Source of the DNA: Adineta vaga | Lineage: Eukaryota; Animalia; Rotifera | NCBI GenBank assembly: GCA_021613535.1 | Contig: CP075492.1 | Coordinates: 5,084,001-5,148,000 of the forward strand | Length of the DNA: 64,000 nucleotides | Reading direction: 5' to 3' | Shown here: positions 51,863 to 64,000 of the stretch, one piece after another | Layout of the letters: each line of letters begins with the position of its first letter | How positions within the stretch are numbered: the stretch's first letter is position 1 | Notes under the pieces: generated by a model | What the model was told of the DNA's origin: nothing | Databases searched by the model: none | The model's input: the letters and a program-made list of their open reading frames with translations, nothing else | Program-made: the position numbers and the translations under genes

Positions 51863-54800
51863 ATGAGTGTGGAGACAACTGTTCATGCGTTATTTCAATA
51901 TGTTGATTTGAACGGCAGAGATAGAACAAAGAAAACAAATCAATTCAATTATCAGACGCGATTAGATAACATCCTACACTGGATTTTGACATGGTGGAAA
52001 GGTCGTACAATTTCTCATATAGAAATTAAAGACACTTCCAATCACTTTGTTGATTTTGACGAAGAGTACATAAAGGAACAAAATCCATTCTTTGTATCTG
52101 AATCGACAGTGATTTTATTCCGAGTCATTGTAACACGTGGTAAATTGTAAATCTTAATTTTTGATTTGATTTGATTTTATATACTAACAGATAGTACATC
52201 AGAATCGAATAGAAATGCTTTTCAAGAACCATCCGATAGAACTGTTTCTTCTAGGGTGCTTCGAAAACTTCCGGAACGTAAGATAAATGTTAAATATAAT
52301 TGTTTAATCCTGTTTTCTCATAGCTTCAGCTTCGATTTCTGAGCGATCAAGTGCTGAAATTGTAGAACCAGCTGAAGAAGATAAATTTTCTTTCTTATCT
52401 GCGCCAAGTGCAGTTAAAATAAACGATACAAATCCTTTCATAATATTTACTAAGAACGTAAACGACAAACAACGTGATCAATATGAAACTGATAAAACGA
52501 AAGCAGCAACAGGTGATCGAAGAGGCTGTTTTGTACGAATACAAGGCGACAAAAGTGGTTTCAACAAAAATGATACTCATAAAGCTGTTGCCCCCATGAT
52601 AAAAGTGAGTGTAACTTATGAAGTTGATTTATGTACGATTTGAACTGACCTGAACAATGTCATGTACATCATCATTTTTGAATCTATCATTATTGATGAA
52701 ATTATAGAGAAAAAAAGAGGTAAAGCATGAAATGATTGAGTAATTCACTTATCGACGGTGAGTCATCTTTTCTTTTCTCGTTATCTACGTTAGTTAATCT
52801 TTGTTTTTATTTTTTGAGTCTCTCTTTAGTAAAGAAATAATCAGTCGAAATTGTTTTGAATAAAAAGTTGGAAACACGTGTTCTATATCAGGCGTAAGCA
52901 ATATCAAAAGATTACATATGAATCAGTAGACTCTCCTGCATTTGTATTTATTAAGTATGCACTCTCATCTAGATTACCTGAGTAGCTGAATACTTAATGC
53001 CAATGTAGACCTGAGTCTGAGTCTGGATAATAAAGCCACGAATGGTTCAAACCTATTCACTCGCGCCTTCACCCTCGAAATAGTCAAAAAGCATAATGAT
53101 TTCTTCTTTTTTGATAGATTTGCGAGCATTCCATACCTAAAATAGAGAGAACGAAATGGGTTCTACTTGTTTTCTTGTTATACGAAATCTGCGAGAATGG
53201 TGTCCGTAAACTTTTCCATAACAAGGAACGTCAATTGATAAGCAATCTTACTAACAATACAGTTTCATCTAATTCAGACGTGAATATTAGAGCATCAACA
53301 GTGATACAAGATGAGTAAGTCTCAATCTTTCCATTTTCTCATGTTTTTCCGTCGGCACCTTTAGAGTTGACTCACGTGGAAAACCAGTTATTCTACAACT
53401 AACTGATGAAATGTTTAGTGAAGTTGGCGAAAAGTTAGTAAAATCATTCTGATCATATTTAATTAGTTTGCTCTTTAATAGGCTAGACTTGAAACATAAA
53501 GTTGTCCTTCGAGCAAAAACGTGTTCTGAAAAGAAAACACAGTTATTTTGCGAATTGAAAAATCAATACCCTAAAAACATGAACTACGAAACAACTCGTA
53601 TAGGCTGTTTGCTGGTGCATGATGGTAAAGAAATGTGGGAAGACTTGACGCTTTCAAAATCGATGATCTTTCCTAGTAACTCTTCTTCCTATGATTGCGT
53701 CATTGTATTTATTTTTGTAATTATATTTTTAGAATCAAACGATACGATCGGAGATATAGACATCATAGTTAATGATAGATTAATCGAAACTATAACTGTT
53801 CGAATGATGAAACGTAAACCAGACTTAAACACATCCGGTATATGTTTTTTTTACTAGACGCATTTGGATATATATATATGAATATGAATATTCTTTGCAA
53901 TAATATTTAGAAACAATAGTCAAACGAAACCCCGTTAATGCTAAACGTCAAAAGAATGTACGATCGATGGATATACGAAATTCACAAACTGACCAATATA
54001 ATCAAAACCATAATGACAGCTCAACATCTCTTGCTCCGGAACAATCCAATAATAGGAATTGTGAGAATATGTATTTACAGCATGACTGTGCGGCGTCGTT
54101 CCATCCAATCGTGAATGCTACGAACTCTTCGGTAAGTAATACATTCGAAAACCATTTCAGTTCAAGACTAAACGGAATCATTTTAAATGTGAGTATAGCA
54201 GCAAAGCAATGTTAAGATGAGTTTCTATAAAGACGTATACTATAATACTGGCACATTTACGTAACAGATTTACTATTTTCAGTGCGAAATGATTCCGCCT
54301 TCAATGAACAACAACTATACGTATAATATATTACAAAGCGAATCATCGACGGCAGCAATACACTCATACAATCATCCTTTATATGAAAATAATGATCAAG
54401 TAAGTGTTCCTAGATTATATACGTTCAGCAAGTTCTTCAAAGATTCGCCATAGTAACTGTTGTACATCTATAATCATGTAAATAAAAAAAAACTGAAGGA
54501 TTAAAAATATCAAGTTACATTAAACCGTCTCGAAAAATAAATCAAGATTATTTGTAGTTTTGATGGACATATATTTGATTTGACTATTTGACCAATCGAG
54601 GAAAGATTAGAATATATATAGAACGAAATATTATTTTCATAAATTCTTTATATAAGGCAATGAATACACTCTGATTTTTATTGCATAGGAAAGATCAACG
54701 ACAACCACGTTAATTTGTCCATCTATGACAAATAATGAAAGTTTTTCCAACTACTTAACATTCGATCAGCAACCAGTTTTGCCAGTCTCAACGATGCCTT

Positions 54801-54985
54801 TACCAAATTTTCACAGTTCATTCACTCAAGAATTATGGAACACTTCATTAGTGGTTTGTCTTTCATTTAAATACAAAACCAATCTGAATTTTGTGCTTTT
54901 TAGAACGAATATATTTCAAATTTCGAAATGGAAAATACCAAATTCGACGATATTCACTCACACGATGATGTACAATGACGTCTAA
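51863..54985 (+). CDS. Multi-exon gene: FxDFDxEY N-terminal domain, Rel-homology-like region and low-complexity tail; apparent frameshift near 52500
   Basis: FVDFDEEYI; QRDQYETDKR...VAPMIK|ICEHS..VLLVFLL; YETTRIGCLLVHDGKEMWEDLTLS; many short GT-AG introns; 3' end approximate. Confidence 0.55.
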
Positions 54986-55449
54986 ATTCAAAATATCGTC
55001 TCCTTTTAGGAAAGACATCTGCTAATTGAAATCATTTTCTTGTGTCATATTTTTGGTTACTATTCTGCAGAAGGAGATATTTTTCATCTCTTTTAAGTTT
55101 CACTTAATTAAATCTTCACTTTATCATTGACGAAATCAAATACATATTTGTTTTGTTCATTTTTCGATCATACTCATGAATATCGTGTGTGACTATATAG
55201 ATCAACAAGTAAAATTAAAATATTTATATTGAAACAGATCTCGGATTTTCTACATAGTCTTCGTTACATCAATTTATACTTTAATAGAAAAATATGCTTT
55301 TGTCATTTTGATATCATTGCGCATGACAAGTTTCTTTTCCACTCAAACTCACTTCCGTATATATCTGGTTACGACAACAAGTACATCCTGTGGAATTTCT
55401 TCTTTTCTCTTCACTTCAAACATCCATTTACATTCGAGTGTTAACAACG

Positions 55450-56460
55450 ATGGCATCCTACAATAATTCATCACAAATCAATGATATTTCATATACTATT
55501 CCTTCTTTCGAAACAGTTCATTCACGAATGATTAAATTCATCCTTCTACTTCTATTTCAATTGCTATCTATCACTTGTTCACTCTTTCTTCTATTTCATT
55601 TGATCAAAAAACCCACACTTCATCGTGCATTACATAATCACACCCTCATCGCATTGGTCATTGTCAGTTTCTTTCAAACCATATCCGATCTACCGATGAC
55701 CTTAGACTATTTACGCATGGGTCAAGCATCATCTTCAATCTTTTGTTTATTGTGGAATTTCTTTGCACTTTCAAACTATGCTGTGGGTGTTTGGATTATG
55801 ACATGGGCGTCGTTTGAACGACACCTACTAATCTTTCATGAACGTTTGACAATTACATCTCGTGGTAGAATTCTCTATCATTACATACCATTATTAGTTT
55901 CTTTCGCTCTTCCTTGGATCTATTATGTGATTCTGATTTTCTTCTACCCATGTACAAATACGTTCTATCCAACATTTCTCTTCTGTGGTTGGTGTTGTTA
56001 TGCATACAATGATCAATTAGTGTTTTTCAATTGGATGATGTTTGGTGTTATTCCAACATGTTTGATCAGTTTATTTTGTGTTTGGTTAATTCTTCGTGTT
56101 ATTGCACATAAACGACGTGTACAGCAACGAATCAATTGGCGTCAACATCGTCGAATGACGATTCAGTTGCTGAGTATTTCGAGTCTCTATATCTTTTTCG
56201 ATGCTCCCACTGTCATTATCGGTTTAGTTCGATTAGGACTGCCGACATTTGGTAATGAAATTCAAATTCTGTATTTATTTTATATTGTATATCTTTTACC
56301 AATACTTGTTCCGTTTGTTTGTTTGAGCACTCTACGAGAACTATGGTCTGGAAAACAAACTCAAATTCATCCAACCAGACAATTTACGCAGAATCATACA
56401 ACTGGGCGCACTGATCAACCTGATCTAAGAACGCGTTTTCAACAAATAACTAAAGTATAA
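55450..56460 (+). CDS. Orphan rhodopsin-class GPCR, intronless
   Basis: 7 TM, LHNH, WASFERH, RRMTIQL, PFVCL. Confidence 0.88.
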   Translation: MASYNNSSQINDISYTIPSFETVHSRMIKFILLLLFQLLSITCSLFLLFHLIKKPTLHRALHNHTLIALVIVSFFQTISDLPMTLDYLRMGQASSSIFCLLWNFFALSNYAVGVWIMTWASFERHLLIFHERLTITSRGRILYHYIPLLVSFALPWIYYVILIFFYPCTNTFYPTFLFCGWCCYAYNDQLVFFNWMMFGVIPTCLISLFCVWLILRVIAHKRRVQQRINWRQHRRMTIQLLSISSLYIFFDAPTVIIGLVRLGLPTFGNEIQILYLFYIVYLLPILVPFVCLSTLRELWSGKQTQIHPTRQFTQNHTTGRTDQPDLRTRFQQITKV

Positions 56461-57032
56461 TGAGATAAAACGACATGGAATATTAATCAATTATCTTTAC
56501 GTTTGATACGCTACAGTTCAATGATAGAAGAGGAAAAATTAAGAGAGAAGAAAAATAAATTATTTAGTGGTATATTATACTCATATGCGTCCTAAGGGAA
56601 TCCCTATCTTATGAAAACATGTTGTGCGTCTGTCGATGTAAATCAAATTTACAAATTTATAAAAAGATATTAGATTTTCTTTGTATTCTACACATGCTTT
56701 TGCTGTTCAATAAATAATCATTAAAACGAAATGATATAGCCATTTTTAGGTATTTTCATTATGTCTTGTTCAAAGATTCTAACAATGATTGTAGTCATAT
56801 CACTGACATGATAATTATAATGGTATTTATCTAAAAAAAATATTTGCTATCAGTGGCGTTTCACGATAAATTCATTCACATTGATAGCTAACTTGCACAC
56901 GTTTATCACACATGTTAATTGGTTATTCAACTGTTTATGTTGCGTCCATATACCCTTTTCTTTTTCTTTGTATATATAAGCAATGAATAAATTTTCATCA
57001 ACTGAAGGACAATACACAGAGTTAAAACAAAT

Positions 57033-57785
57033 ATGGGAAAACTCGATGGAAAAGTTGCATACATCACCGGTGGTGCAGAAGGTATTGGTTTAGCTACTGC
57101 TCAACGATTTGTTATTGAAGGTGCCTACGTCTTTATCACCGATTTAAATCAAGAAAAATTAGATTTAGCAGTACAACAAATTGGCAAACAGAATATTACA
57201 GCCATTAGAGCAGATGTATCGAAACTCGACGATCATCATCGTGTATACAATGTAATTCAAAGAGAAAAAGGCAAACTTGATATTGTTTTTGCAAATGCAG
57301 GTATTGCTGGTACAATGCCATTAGGATCAATTACAGAAGAATATTTTGATCATATGTTCAATGTCAATGTTAAAGGTGTTCTCTTTACTGTTCAAGAAGT
57401 TCTATCAATTTTGAATGATGGTAGTACAATTATTCTCAATGCATCTATTGCTACTATTAAAGGTCCACCGGCTTCAAGTATTTATAGTGCAACTAAGGCT
57501 GTACTTCGTTCATTTGCTCGTTCTTGGTCTGTCGATTTAAAACATCGTCATATACGTGTTAATACTATTAGTCCAGGACCAATCGATACAGCAATGTTAT
57601 GGAATATGTATGATACTGAAGAAAAATCTAAAGCATTTGCTGACAGAATTACTACATCCACAGTACTTGGTCGAGTTGGTCAACCGGATGAAGTTGCTCG
57701 AGCAGTTTTGTTTCTTGCATCGGAAGACAGTTCTTATGTGACTGGTATTGAACTTTTTGTGGATGGTGGTATTGCACAGATTTAA
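57033..57785 (+). CDS. Classical short-chain dehydrogenase/reductase, bacterial type
   Basis: TGGAEGIG, FANAG, YSATK, SPGPIDT, LFVDGG; intronless. Confidence 0.93.
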   Translation: MGKLDGKVAYITGGAEGIGLATAQRFVIEGAYVFITDLNQEKLDLAVQQIGKQNITAIRADVSKLDDHHRVYNVIQREKGKLDIVFANAGIAGTMPLGSITEEYFDHMFNVNVKGVLFTVQEVLSILNDGSTIILNASIATIKGPPASSIYSATKAVLRSFARSWSVDLKHRHIRVNTISPGPIDTAMLWNMYDTEEKSKAFADRITTSTVLGRVGQPDEVARAVLFLASEDSSYVTGIELFVDGGIAQI

Positions 57786-57841
57786 AATTGTTTTTCGTTT
57801 ATTATGTATGATATAATTTCTTAATAAAAAAAATTGTTTTC

Positions 57842-58130
57842 TCAAAAACGTTTCAAAAGTTTAATGTTGATTGCTTTGGGTTTTACAGTAAATCTATCTT
57901 TGATTTGAAATCCTTCTTCTAAATGTTCTCCAGACAAAATTGTATAATTTTCAAGTAAATGAATAGAGCATATTTTGGTTTCCATTAACGCAAATCGTAT
58001 CCGAATGCCAGCGCGTGGTCCGACAACAAATGCTAGGAAAGCTAGTGGATGTCGTTCAGGTATGAACAGATTCGGATCTTCAGCACCCCATAAGTCACGA
58101 CTAGAATGGATAGAACGTATATCTGGTTAA
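57842..58130 (-). pseudogene. Cytochrome P450 C-terminal fragment, heme Cys lost
   Basis: DLWGAEDPNLFIPERHPLAFLAFVVGPRAGIRIRFALMETK (degenerate PERF and FxxGxRxCxG motifs). Confidence 0.8.
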
Positions 58131-58941
58131 ATAACATTAATTCATTTTCTCCGATTTGGTCTTACAAGAGGCAGACGCTCTTTTTATTCTCTAGTATTTA
58201 TTATTCATACAAACCTCATGTCCTTGAGAGGGGCTACCAGGATTTATTCGCAGACTCATACCCTCAGCCTACACCCTCAATATTTATTCCAAAATGTACG
58301 GAGATTTTTAAATAAATCCCGGTAGCTGCTGGAATTGCATTGTACGCATCCCAATATTCTTGGCGTGCTTTTTAAAGTGCTTGACGTTTGATTATTTGCA
58401 CTAACCCGAATAATTTCTTCAATTAATTGTTATACTTACCAGTGTGTTTGGTAAAAGAGCTTTAATCATATTAGGTAAAACACGTATTACTATAGTATCA
58501 ATTTCATTATCATTTTTCAGATATTCGATAGAATCTTCATCGATCATCAGTGGAAGATGCGTACGAGTAAACTTATCCATCGTATAATTGTTTGTCGATA
58601 TGAATCCGTAAACATATCTGTTGTATCAAATGTTGAACTACCCATTGATACCAACAACAACATCGACAAAAATATTCTACATTCTATGCAAATAAAGAAA
58701 TAATTAAAGAAATAGTTCATTATGAACAAACTCACTAGAAAAAGCCAATACTATTGTTTTAAAAATATAATACAACAATACTCCTAAAATAACGATTCTT
58801 CATTCTCCGTATTTATACAAAGTATGGATCATTAAGGTATATATATTCATGATTCACGTTTTTCACAATATCATCAAGAACATTTGAGGTGCAATTTCTA
58901 TGCTAGATTAAAAAAATTAGGAACGTTTTTGTCTGGAAATT

Positions 58942-59856
58942 TTATTTGCAAAAGAATAAATTCTGAAGTTTTTGTTTCAATCTTGGTATTGCACAAAGAA
59001 TAGCATAGGGCAACACAATGGCTGGAACGAATGTTAATCGTGAAATGTACGGAGAAATAATATTACTAGCAAAAGACGGATAACCAGCTGTTTGAACGAT
59101 AAAAATAATGACATAAGGAAGATCAAATAGAAGATATATTGAAGATAATAATCCAAGTTGAATGGTCATTTTTCGACATTGACGCCAAGTAATTATTCGT
59201 TTTAAACGTTGTTTTTGTTGGACAAATCGAAAGACAAATGAACTACTAAATAAAACAATTAACAGAATTGGAATGGAATAATTAACAAATGAATCATAAA
59301 AATTGAACCACATCGGAATTGTATTACGATAGCATACTCTACCACAACGAATTGTGGTTCGAACAGCTATTAAATTACATGGATAAATAAAAATTAAATA
59401 GAAATAGAGTAATGGTGTATAAAGAGTAAAGAATGTCAATGGAATATAGTGAAGAAAAAGACGAGCACGAGTTGTACGAATTAAATTCGCATGAAATACA
59501 AGAATATGTCTTTCAAATGATGCCCATAACATTAAAGAAATACCTCCATACCAAATACCATTGTCAACAAATTGCCAAATAAGACAAAGAGAAGGAAAGA
59601 AAAGAGAGACATATCCAAGACGAGCATAATCTAATGTTAATGAAAGATCAATTGTAACACCAAGAAAATTGTAAAATAGTAGTAGAATTATAACATGATT
59701 ATGCAAACTTGTACGTGAGGTTTTGTCAAATAAAATATGATAAAATACGAATAAATAACAAGGAATCGATAGAATTTCACCAAACAGAAATAAAGAAAAT
59801 TCTAATTTGGGCCAATAAGGTGGAATATTCGTCAATGTAGAAGTAAAATTTCCCAT
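58942..59856 (-). CDS. Orphan rhodopsin-class GPCR, same family as 55450-56460
   Basis: SLHNH, WASFERH, RKMTIQL; 7 TM. Confidence 0.88.
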   Translation of the reverse strand: MGNFTSTLTNIPPYWPKLEFSLFLFGEILSIPCYLFVFYHILFDKTSRTSLHNHVIILLLFYNFLGVTIDLSLTLDYARLGYVSLFFPSLCLIWQFVDNGIWYGGISLMLWASFERHILVFHANLIRTTRARLFLHYIPLTFFTLYTPLLYFYLIFIYPCNLIAVRTTIRCGRVCYRNTIPMWFNFYDSFVNYSIPILLIVLFSSSFVFRFVQQKQRLKRIITWRQCRKMTIQLGLLSSIYLLFDLPYVIIFIVQTAGYPSFASNIISPYISRLTFVPAIVLPYAILCAIPRLKQKLQNLFFCK

Positions 59857-60190
59857 ATTCTTTTTTTACAAAAAATATGTGTTAAAGAATCTTTTATATA
59901 TTGATAAAAGGTGTTAATTATTTTTGATACATGTCAAAATGAATTTTCTCTTCTCTCTAGAAGCAAACAGTCTCATTAAAAGTAATGAACATCATCCACA
60001 TGAGACGTGCATGAATCAAAGAAAAAACGATTCTATAATGACGTACTGAGAGATGCAATGAAACGCGATATTCTATTTGTATTCTTATTTTTTACTTGAT
60101 TCAGAAAACAATTAAGAATTAGTTAAGTTGATAGAATTTATTTTCACAAATGATTATACGCATCAAAATATGTAAGAAACAAATGAACTA

Positions 60191-60887
60191 TTAAAATGAA
60201 TGTCGTAAGTTTAAATAGTTTGTCTGTAAAGTCGTTGTTTGCATTACCTCTTGGTAAGAAGGTGGTGGAATTTCTGGATTGCTCATTGTTTGTAATTCTC
60301 GACTATTTAAAGATATTTCTTCCCGTTGTTCTTGTCGTGTATTTCGATGCGTTTTTCGATACCATTGTCTACATAAAATTAGTACTGTTATTGTGAGAAA
60401 AAATAAAACTCCACCCAATATTTGACCGATGAACTGAGACTTTGATGGTTTATTCCATTGCAGAAAACTATAATCTGCAGAGCGATAACACGAATAAATA
60501 CCATTGATCTAATAAGAATAAAATCTAATTTAAAAAGAATCGAAATTCATAATATACCTGATATTTTCGTGCTGCATTCCATGCGTTATCTTCGTCTGAA
60601 AAGCCACTGAGGTCTATAAGCGAATAATTTCTGATTAGATTTTCGTCCACTATTGTCACATTCCAACGTGGATAAAGATTCGGACTTCGAAATTTCATAT
60701 CAATAGATTTGACTTTACATTGACCAAGAACAAATGTGTTTATTTTATACAATTCATTGAAAGCTACTATAAATAAGACAAGGCTGATACCATATCCGAA
60801 AATAACACTACATGTAAAAAAAGTACTTTCATCATCATTAAGTTTCGTACAAAAGGAAGATGATGGTATATCATCTGATGTTGACAT
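60191..60887 (-). CDS. Small two-TM membrane protein with PPSY motif, 2 exons
   Basis: Two hydrophobic segments, intron near 60480-60557, C-terminal PPPSYQEV. Confidence 0.6.
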
Positions 60888-61031
60888 CAATTCCTAGAAA
60901 AAAAACTGAAGTGAATGTATGTGCATTCCTTTTCTATGACTTTTCCATGACCCTTTGACCGATAATACAAAACTTACACGTTTCGTGTACGACGAAAAAA
61001 AAGAGGGAACATTGTGATATTACAAAGAAGA

Positions 61032-61799
61032 ATGACATTGAACGTGTATATTCAAAGATTCATGGACTGTATATGCTTTAACAGGTTTTTGGATACAACC
61101 TGATCAACCGGAAGTTGAAATGCAACAGGGAATATTAATGGCTGATGTTGCTGCTGCATTAGAAATTCCTTATTATATTTTTAGTACCCCAGCGGATGTT
61201 GAGAGGATCAGTGATGGAAAATTGTAAATATGAAGAAATCCGAAAGAGTTTGTACGGTAATGATTGTCGTTTTGGGTGTGACCTCATGCAACACAGAAAG
61301 CAAAAATACAAGATTATATCATTGAAAAATATCCAAATATGAAAAGTATTTTTGTAAGAATTGTCTTTTATATGCAAAATTGGACAACATATGCAAAGGT
61401 TTCGAAATCAGATGATGGTGTGATTATTTTCGAACTTCCTATTGACCTTAAGACAGAATTCGATATGGTTGATGTTAATGATACAGGCCGTATTGTTCGA
61501 GAAATATTGGATAATTCGAAAAAATTTGTTGGACAAATTATTGATGTATGTGGTGATGTGATGCGTTTTGAAGATGTTGCAAAAATATTTACAAAAGTTA
61601 CTGGAATTCCAGCTATATCGAAAACATTAGGTGAAGAAGAATTTCAAAAAATGCTCAAACTGATCTTATTGACATGTATACATGGTTTGAACTTTATGGT
61701 TCATACTCAAAAGAAAATCAATGGAAAAACGAACAGATAGTTACGAAATTAAATACATTTGAAGATTGGTTAAAGACAACCGGTTGGAAAGGGGAATAA
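61032..61799 (+). pseudogene. NmrA-like NAD(P)-binding protein, deleted and frameshifted
   Basis: WTVYALT-GFW..EMQQGILMADVA..IFS; FYMQNW; MVDVNDTGRIV; lacks GxxGxxG and the segment after ALT; frameshift near the 3' end. Confidence 0.7.
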
Positions 61800-62047
61800 T
61801 ACTATAAACATTATCAAGCTCATTCAGTTTTTTTTCTTCATATATCTCCATTTGAATATCAAATAAATGCGAAGAAGGGAAAAAAGCTTAATATCAAGGC
61901 AATGACATTATTATTTTAGATAAGATATATTTTTGGACATATTCAAATACTAGATAGTAAGACGTCATAGTTATGTTTACGCGTATAATCTTTTCATTTC
62001 TTTCTTCACGATTTATATATATATATATACAATCTATTTTTTCCGAC

Positions 62048-62257
62048 ATGTTTCTCATATTAATCATCTGCACAATTATTTTCTTGTTTTTCTATTTTAA
62101 AAATAACTATTTCACTCTTCATAGTCCAATACATGGTTTATCACCACAGTTTCTTTTCAGCAATTTTATTCAATCTGATATGATGACGCAAGGTAAATCT
62201 CTATCAAAGACTTTCTTGAACTTCAAACAACATTATGGCGATATATATCGGTTTTGA
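62048..62257 (+). pseudogene. Cytochrome P450 N-terminal fragment
   Basis: TM anchor, PIHGLSPQFLFSN (PPGP-like hinge), FKQHYGDIYRF then stop; no downstream exons seen. Confidence 0.6.
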
Positions 62258-63410
62258 CTATGATTTGGGGACATTTGACAACGAAATCTCAGATCAAAAT
62301 AAACTGCTGACTATTATCGGAAGTCTTTGTTAACATTCGTTGTTTTCTTTTTGAAATGTGCTACATTTCTCTCGTAAAATATTGGCTTTTTCTAATAAAT
62401 TCTTATTTTAGTTTGTTTTACCGTTTTTTTCTCTTCATACTTATTCTCAATTTTAAAACGTATAATCAATGGAATTAAAGATAAATTGGAAAGAAATCTA
62501 GTTAAAATTCATTTTAGAATCTTAGATTAACATATTAAGTCAAAATATTATATCTAATCATGACCGTAATTATTTTAATTATATTTATCTAAAGAAAATC
62601 GTTACAAAGAATAACATGATCGATGCCAGTTACATTAAAGTATGTTCATTTTTATGGTAAGCATGTAAACAAGAAAAATCAGAAAATTTTGTCTGTTAAA
62701 TTCCACATTTTTATTCTATATATTTATGTAGAAAAGAAATTATTTCAAGATTGTTCAATGAGCAAAATTACGAGATATAACTTGAATGTACATGTATGTT
62801 AAAAATTCATTTCTCTTATTTATCAGATAATCCATTCAACACTTTCAAGATGGTACCAAGATGTCCTCATACGATTCATTAGTACAAATATTATACGGCA
62901 TTTTCCGTCTGTTTACAGTTTATACAAGTACGGAAATAGCATTGATATCTTGATTTGCCTAGAATTACTCGTATGACGTGTCTTTCCCTTCAGATAAATG
63001 TCGACGGAAGAAAAAAAAAGAAGACGAGTTCTAGAGAGACAAATGGTAATTAATAATACATAAGGCTATAGATGGTACTATCCAAACTATTGCATGCCAA
63101 GGAAGCGATGCAGATATTAGAGGTCACTACAAAAAAATAAAGAGAAAAAGACCATATCTATCTTGGTGGTTTCTTTTTCTCCTTCGTTTCTGTTCTCTCC
63201 TTCTCTCTGTCCCTCTCTTTCCCCTCTATATGTACAAACGAGTAATCTTTTCTTTTTCTTTCTATCGCGGTTACGTCCTGCTTGCTCGTTGAGCATAGTG
63301 ATATAAATACGTTGCATTTGCACCAGTATTCATCATTCGACATATATACAACTCGCTCTTTTATCTTATCTCCTGCATACTCGCGTCGATACTATTATAC
63401 AACGAGAAAA

Positions 63411-64000
63411 TATGGCTGCACGCAATAACCTACTTGATTTGGCAATTTTTATGAGTTTTGTCTGCTGTTGGGCAACAATAACGATTGTTGAATTACCAAC
63501 TGACAGCAAGAAAAACGATTCAACAACGATGGGTATTGGTATTAAACTATTAGAAAAACAGTAAAAATAAAAATTAGTAAAATAAATATTTAATTTTGTT
63601 CATGTTTAATTATAGTAATGGAAAACATTTGAATTATGCTCGTTTGTTAGATGGTCAATGTTTTAATTGTTCAACGTATAAATGTACGAATCACAAAGCA
63701 AATATGGGTGGTTCAGAATGGTGTATTATGTTGTTTCAAGATGCTCTCAATCATTGTGATTCGGATCCAAATTGTGGTGGTTATACAATGACAACAGCTC
63801 GATGGTTTCATGAACAATATGATAAAAAGGGTCAAGTCGCTGTTCATTTAACAAAAGCAGGAGAGAAACCATTCAATTGTTCATTCACCGAATGGAGTAG
63901 TTATGAAAAACAAAATTCGATTCGTGATACTCCTGTTGTTTATGGCAAAACGACTTGTCCAAAGACAAGTAATTTCGATTATGTATTCGATAGTAATTCA
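63411..64000 (+). CDS. Secreted protein, 5' part (runs off window)
   Basis: ATG 63411, signal-like MAARNNLLDLAIFMSFVCCWA, intron ~63533-63615, Cys-rich open exon to the window end. Confidence 0.55.

Noticed and set aside
126-63343. Most 60-110-aa ORFs in the track (antisense, alternative-frame, TTG/GTG starts)
   Set aside because: Shadows of real genes or chance ORFs in AT-rich DNA
1-64000. Prokaryotic operon, CRISPR array, rRNA/tRNA or bacterial contamination
   Set aside because: Spliceosomal introns throughout, uniform AT-rich composition, no regularly spaced repeats or RNA-gene signatures seen

Overview
AT-rich eukaryotic DNA with short (about 45-65 bp) GT-AG introns. The gene families (LDLa/EGF-7TM receptor, ART-like, TIR-SAM, B-box proteins, orphan rhodopsin GPCRs), the many bacterial/fungal-type enzymes and the TGTGGG/TGAGGG motifs point to a bdelloid rotifer (Adineta/Rotaria-like; inference). 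Main structure: a ~3.4/3.8-kb inverted duplication (6052-9439 vs 43535-47368; Exo70 plus a B-box gene) brackets ~34 kb rich in apparently foreign enzymes. These are a GT32-pyruvyltransferase fusion, a PcaB/ASL-family lyase, a SABATH methyltransferase, an alpha/beta hydrolase, a GH43-CBM32-FN3 enzyme and an amidohydrolase with a mitochondrial-type presequence exon. Mobile DNA: an intact mariner, a 1.64-kb foldback element splitting the methyltransferase, a TTAA-flanked element and a small MITE. Damaged gene copies repeatedly show microhomology-flanked deletions. A head-to-head pair of divergent paralogs at 48.5-55 kb carries a shared N-terminal motif and a Rel-homology-like domain. All family assignments come from reading motifs by eye; no searches were run.
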